64,000 bases of DNA from the NCBI GenBank assembly GCA_964016885.1, contig OZ024754.1:23312001-23376000 (forward strand), in the 5' to 3' direction. This DNA is from Eledone cirrhosa. Lineage: Eukaryota. Below are positions 63,740-64,000 of the stretch, one piece after another; the first letter of the stretch is position 1; each line of letters starts with the position of its first letter. The notes beneath the pieces are model-generated. The model ran no database searches. It worked only from the letters and a program-made list of their open reading frames with translations, and was not told the DNA's origin. The translations under genes were made by a program, and so were the position numbers.

Positions 63740-64000
63740 AATGTCCAAAACTCTGAGTTGGTAGCATCAACATAAGCACAAGGAAAGGAAGGGAAGGAGA
63801 AATTATAGACATGCTAGAGTGAAAGGATATTGACGTATGCTGTGTGCAAGAGACTAGATGGAGAGGAGAGTCCGCTAGAGTCTTTGTAGGCAAAAGTTAG
63901 TGCTATAAATTTTTCTGGGTGGGAAATGACAATGGGATGGGTGGTGTAGGTATACTATTAGCTGACAAATGGGTAGATAAAGTAATAACCACACATATTG
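63740..64000 (+). mobile_element. Start of an RTE-type LINE (APE endonuclease), decayed and running off the window
   Basis: VCCVQETRWRGESAR..YKFFWVG..GGVGILLADKW. Confidence 0.75.

Overview
AT-rich animal genomic DNA, very probably an octopus or other coleoid cephalopod. This is inferred from the [11 protein letters not shown]-type C2H2 arrays, Nin-domain-like tRNA SINEs and dense (TA)n/(TAA)n tracts. Two diverged copies of a ~5.6-kb duplicated unit (~0.7-6.4 kb and ~51.6-57.2 kb) each carry a minus-strand C2H2 zinc-finger gene: the first is disrupted and the second is an open 449-aa ORF with 15 repeats. Between and around them is a pile of transposons: a nearly complete Penelope-like element (PLE, probably Naiad clade; RT + GIY-YIG) with direct and inverted pseudo-LTRs, a second decayed PLE, two Dong/R4-type RLE LINEs in (TAA)n, an RTE LINE with three C-terminal C2H2 fingers, tandem Helitrons, a Gypsy LTR element with a nested solo LTR, a Tx1/L1 LINE, a MITE, SINEs and minisatellites. 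The most notable layer, invisible in the ORF track, is a set of type I hammerhead ribozyme (HHR) motifs from several families. They include covarying minimal HHRs in PLE pseudo-LTRs, a ~525-nt non-coding tandem retrozyme-like element, and a fully paired HHR with a non-canonical CAGAAGA core. Most sit in (TA)n-associated elements with inverted ends. All folds and alignments were done by eye; family names come from motif recall, not database searches.
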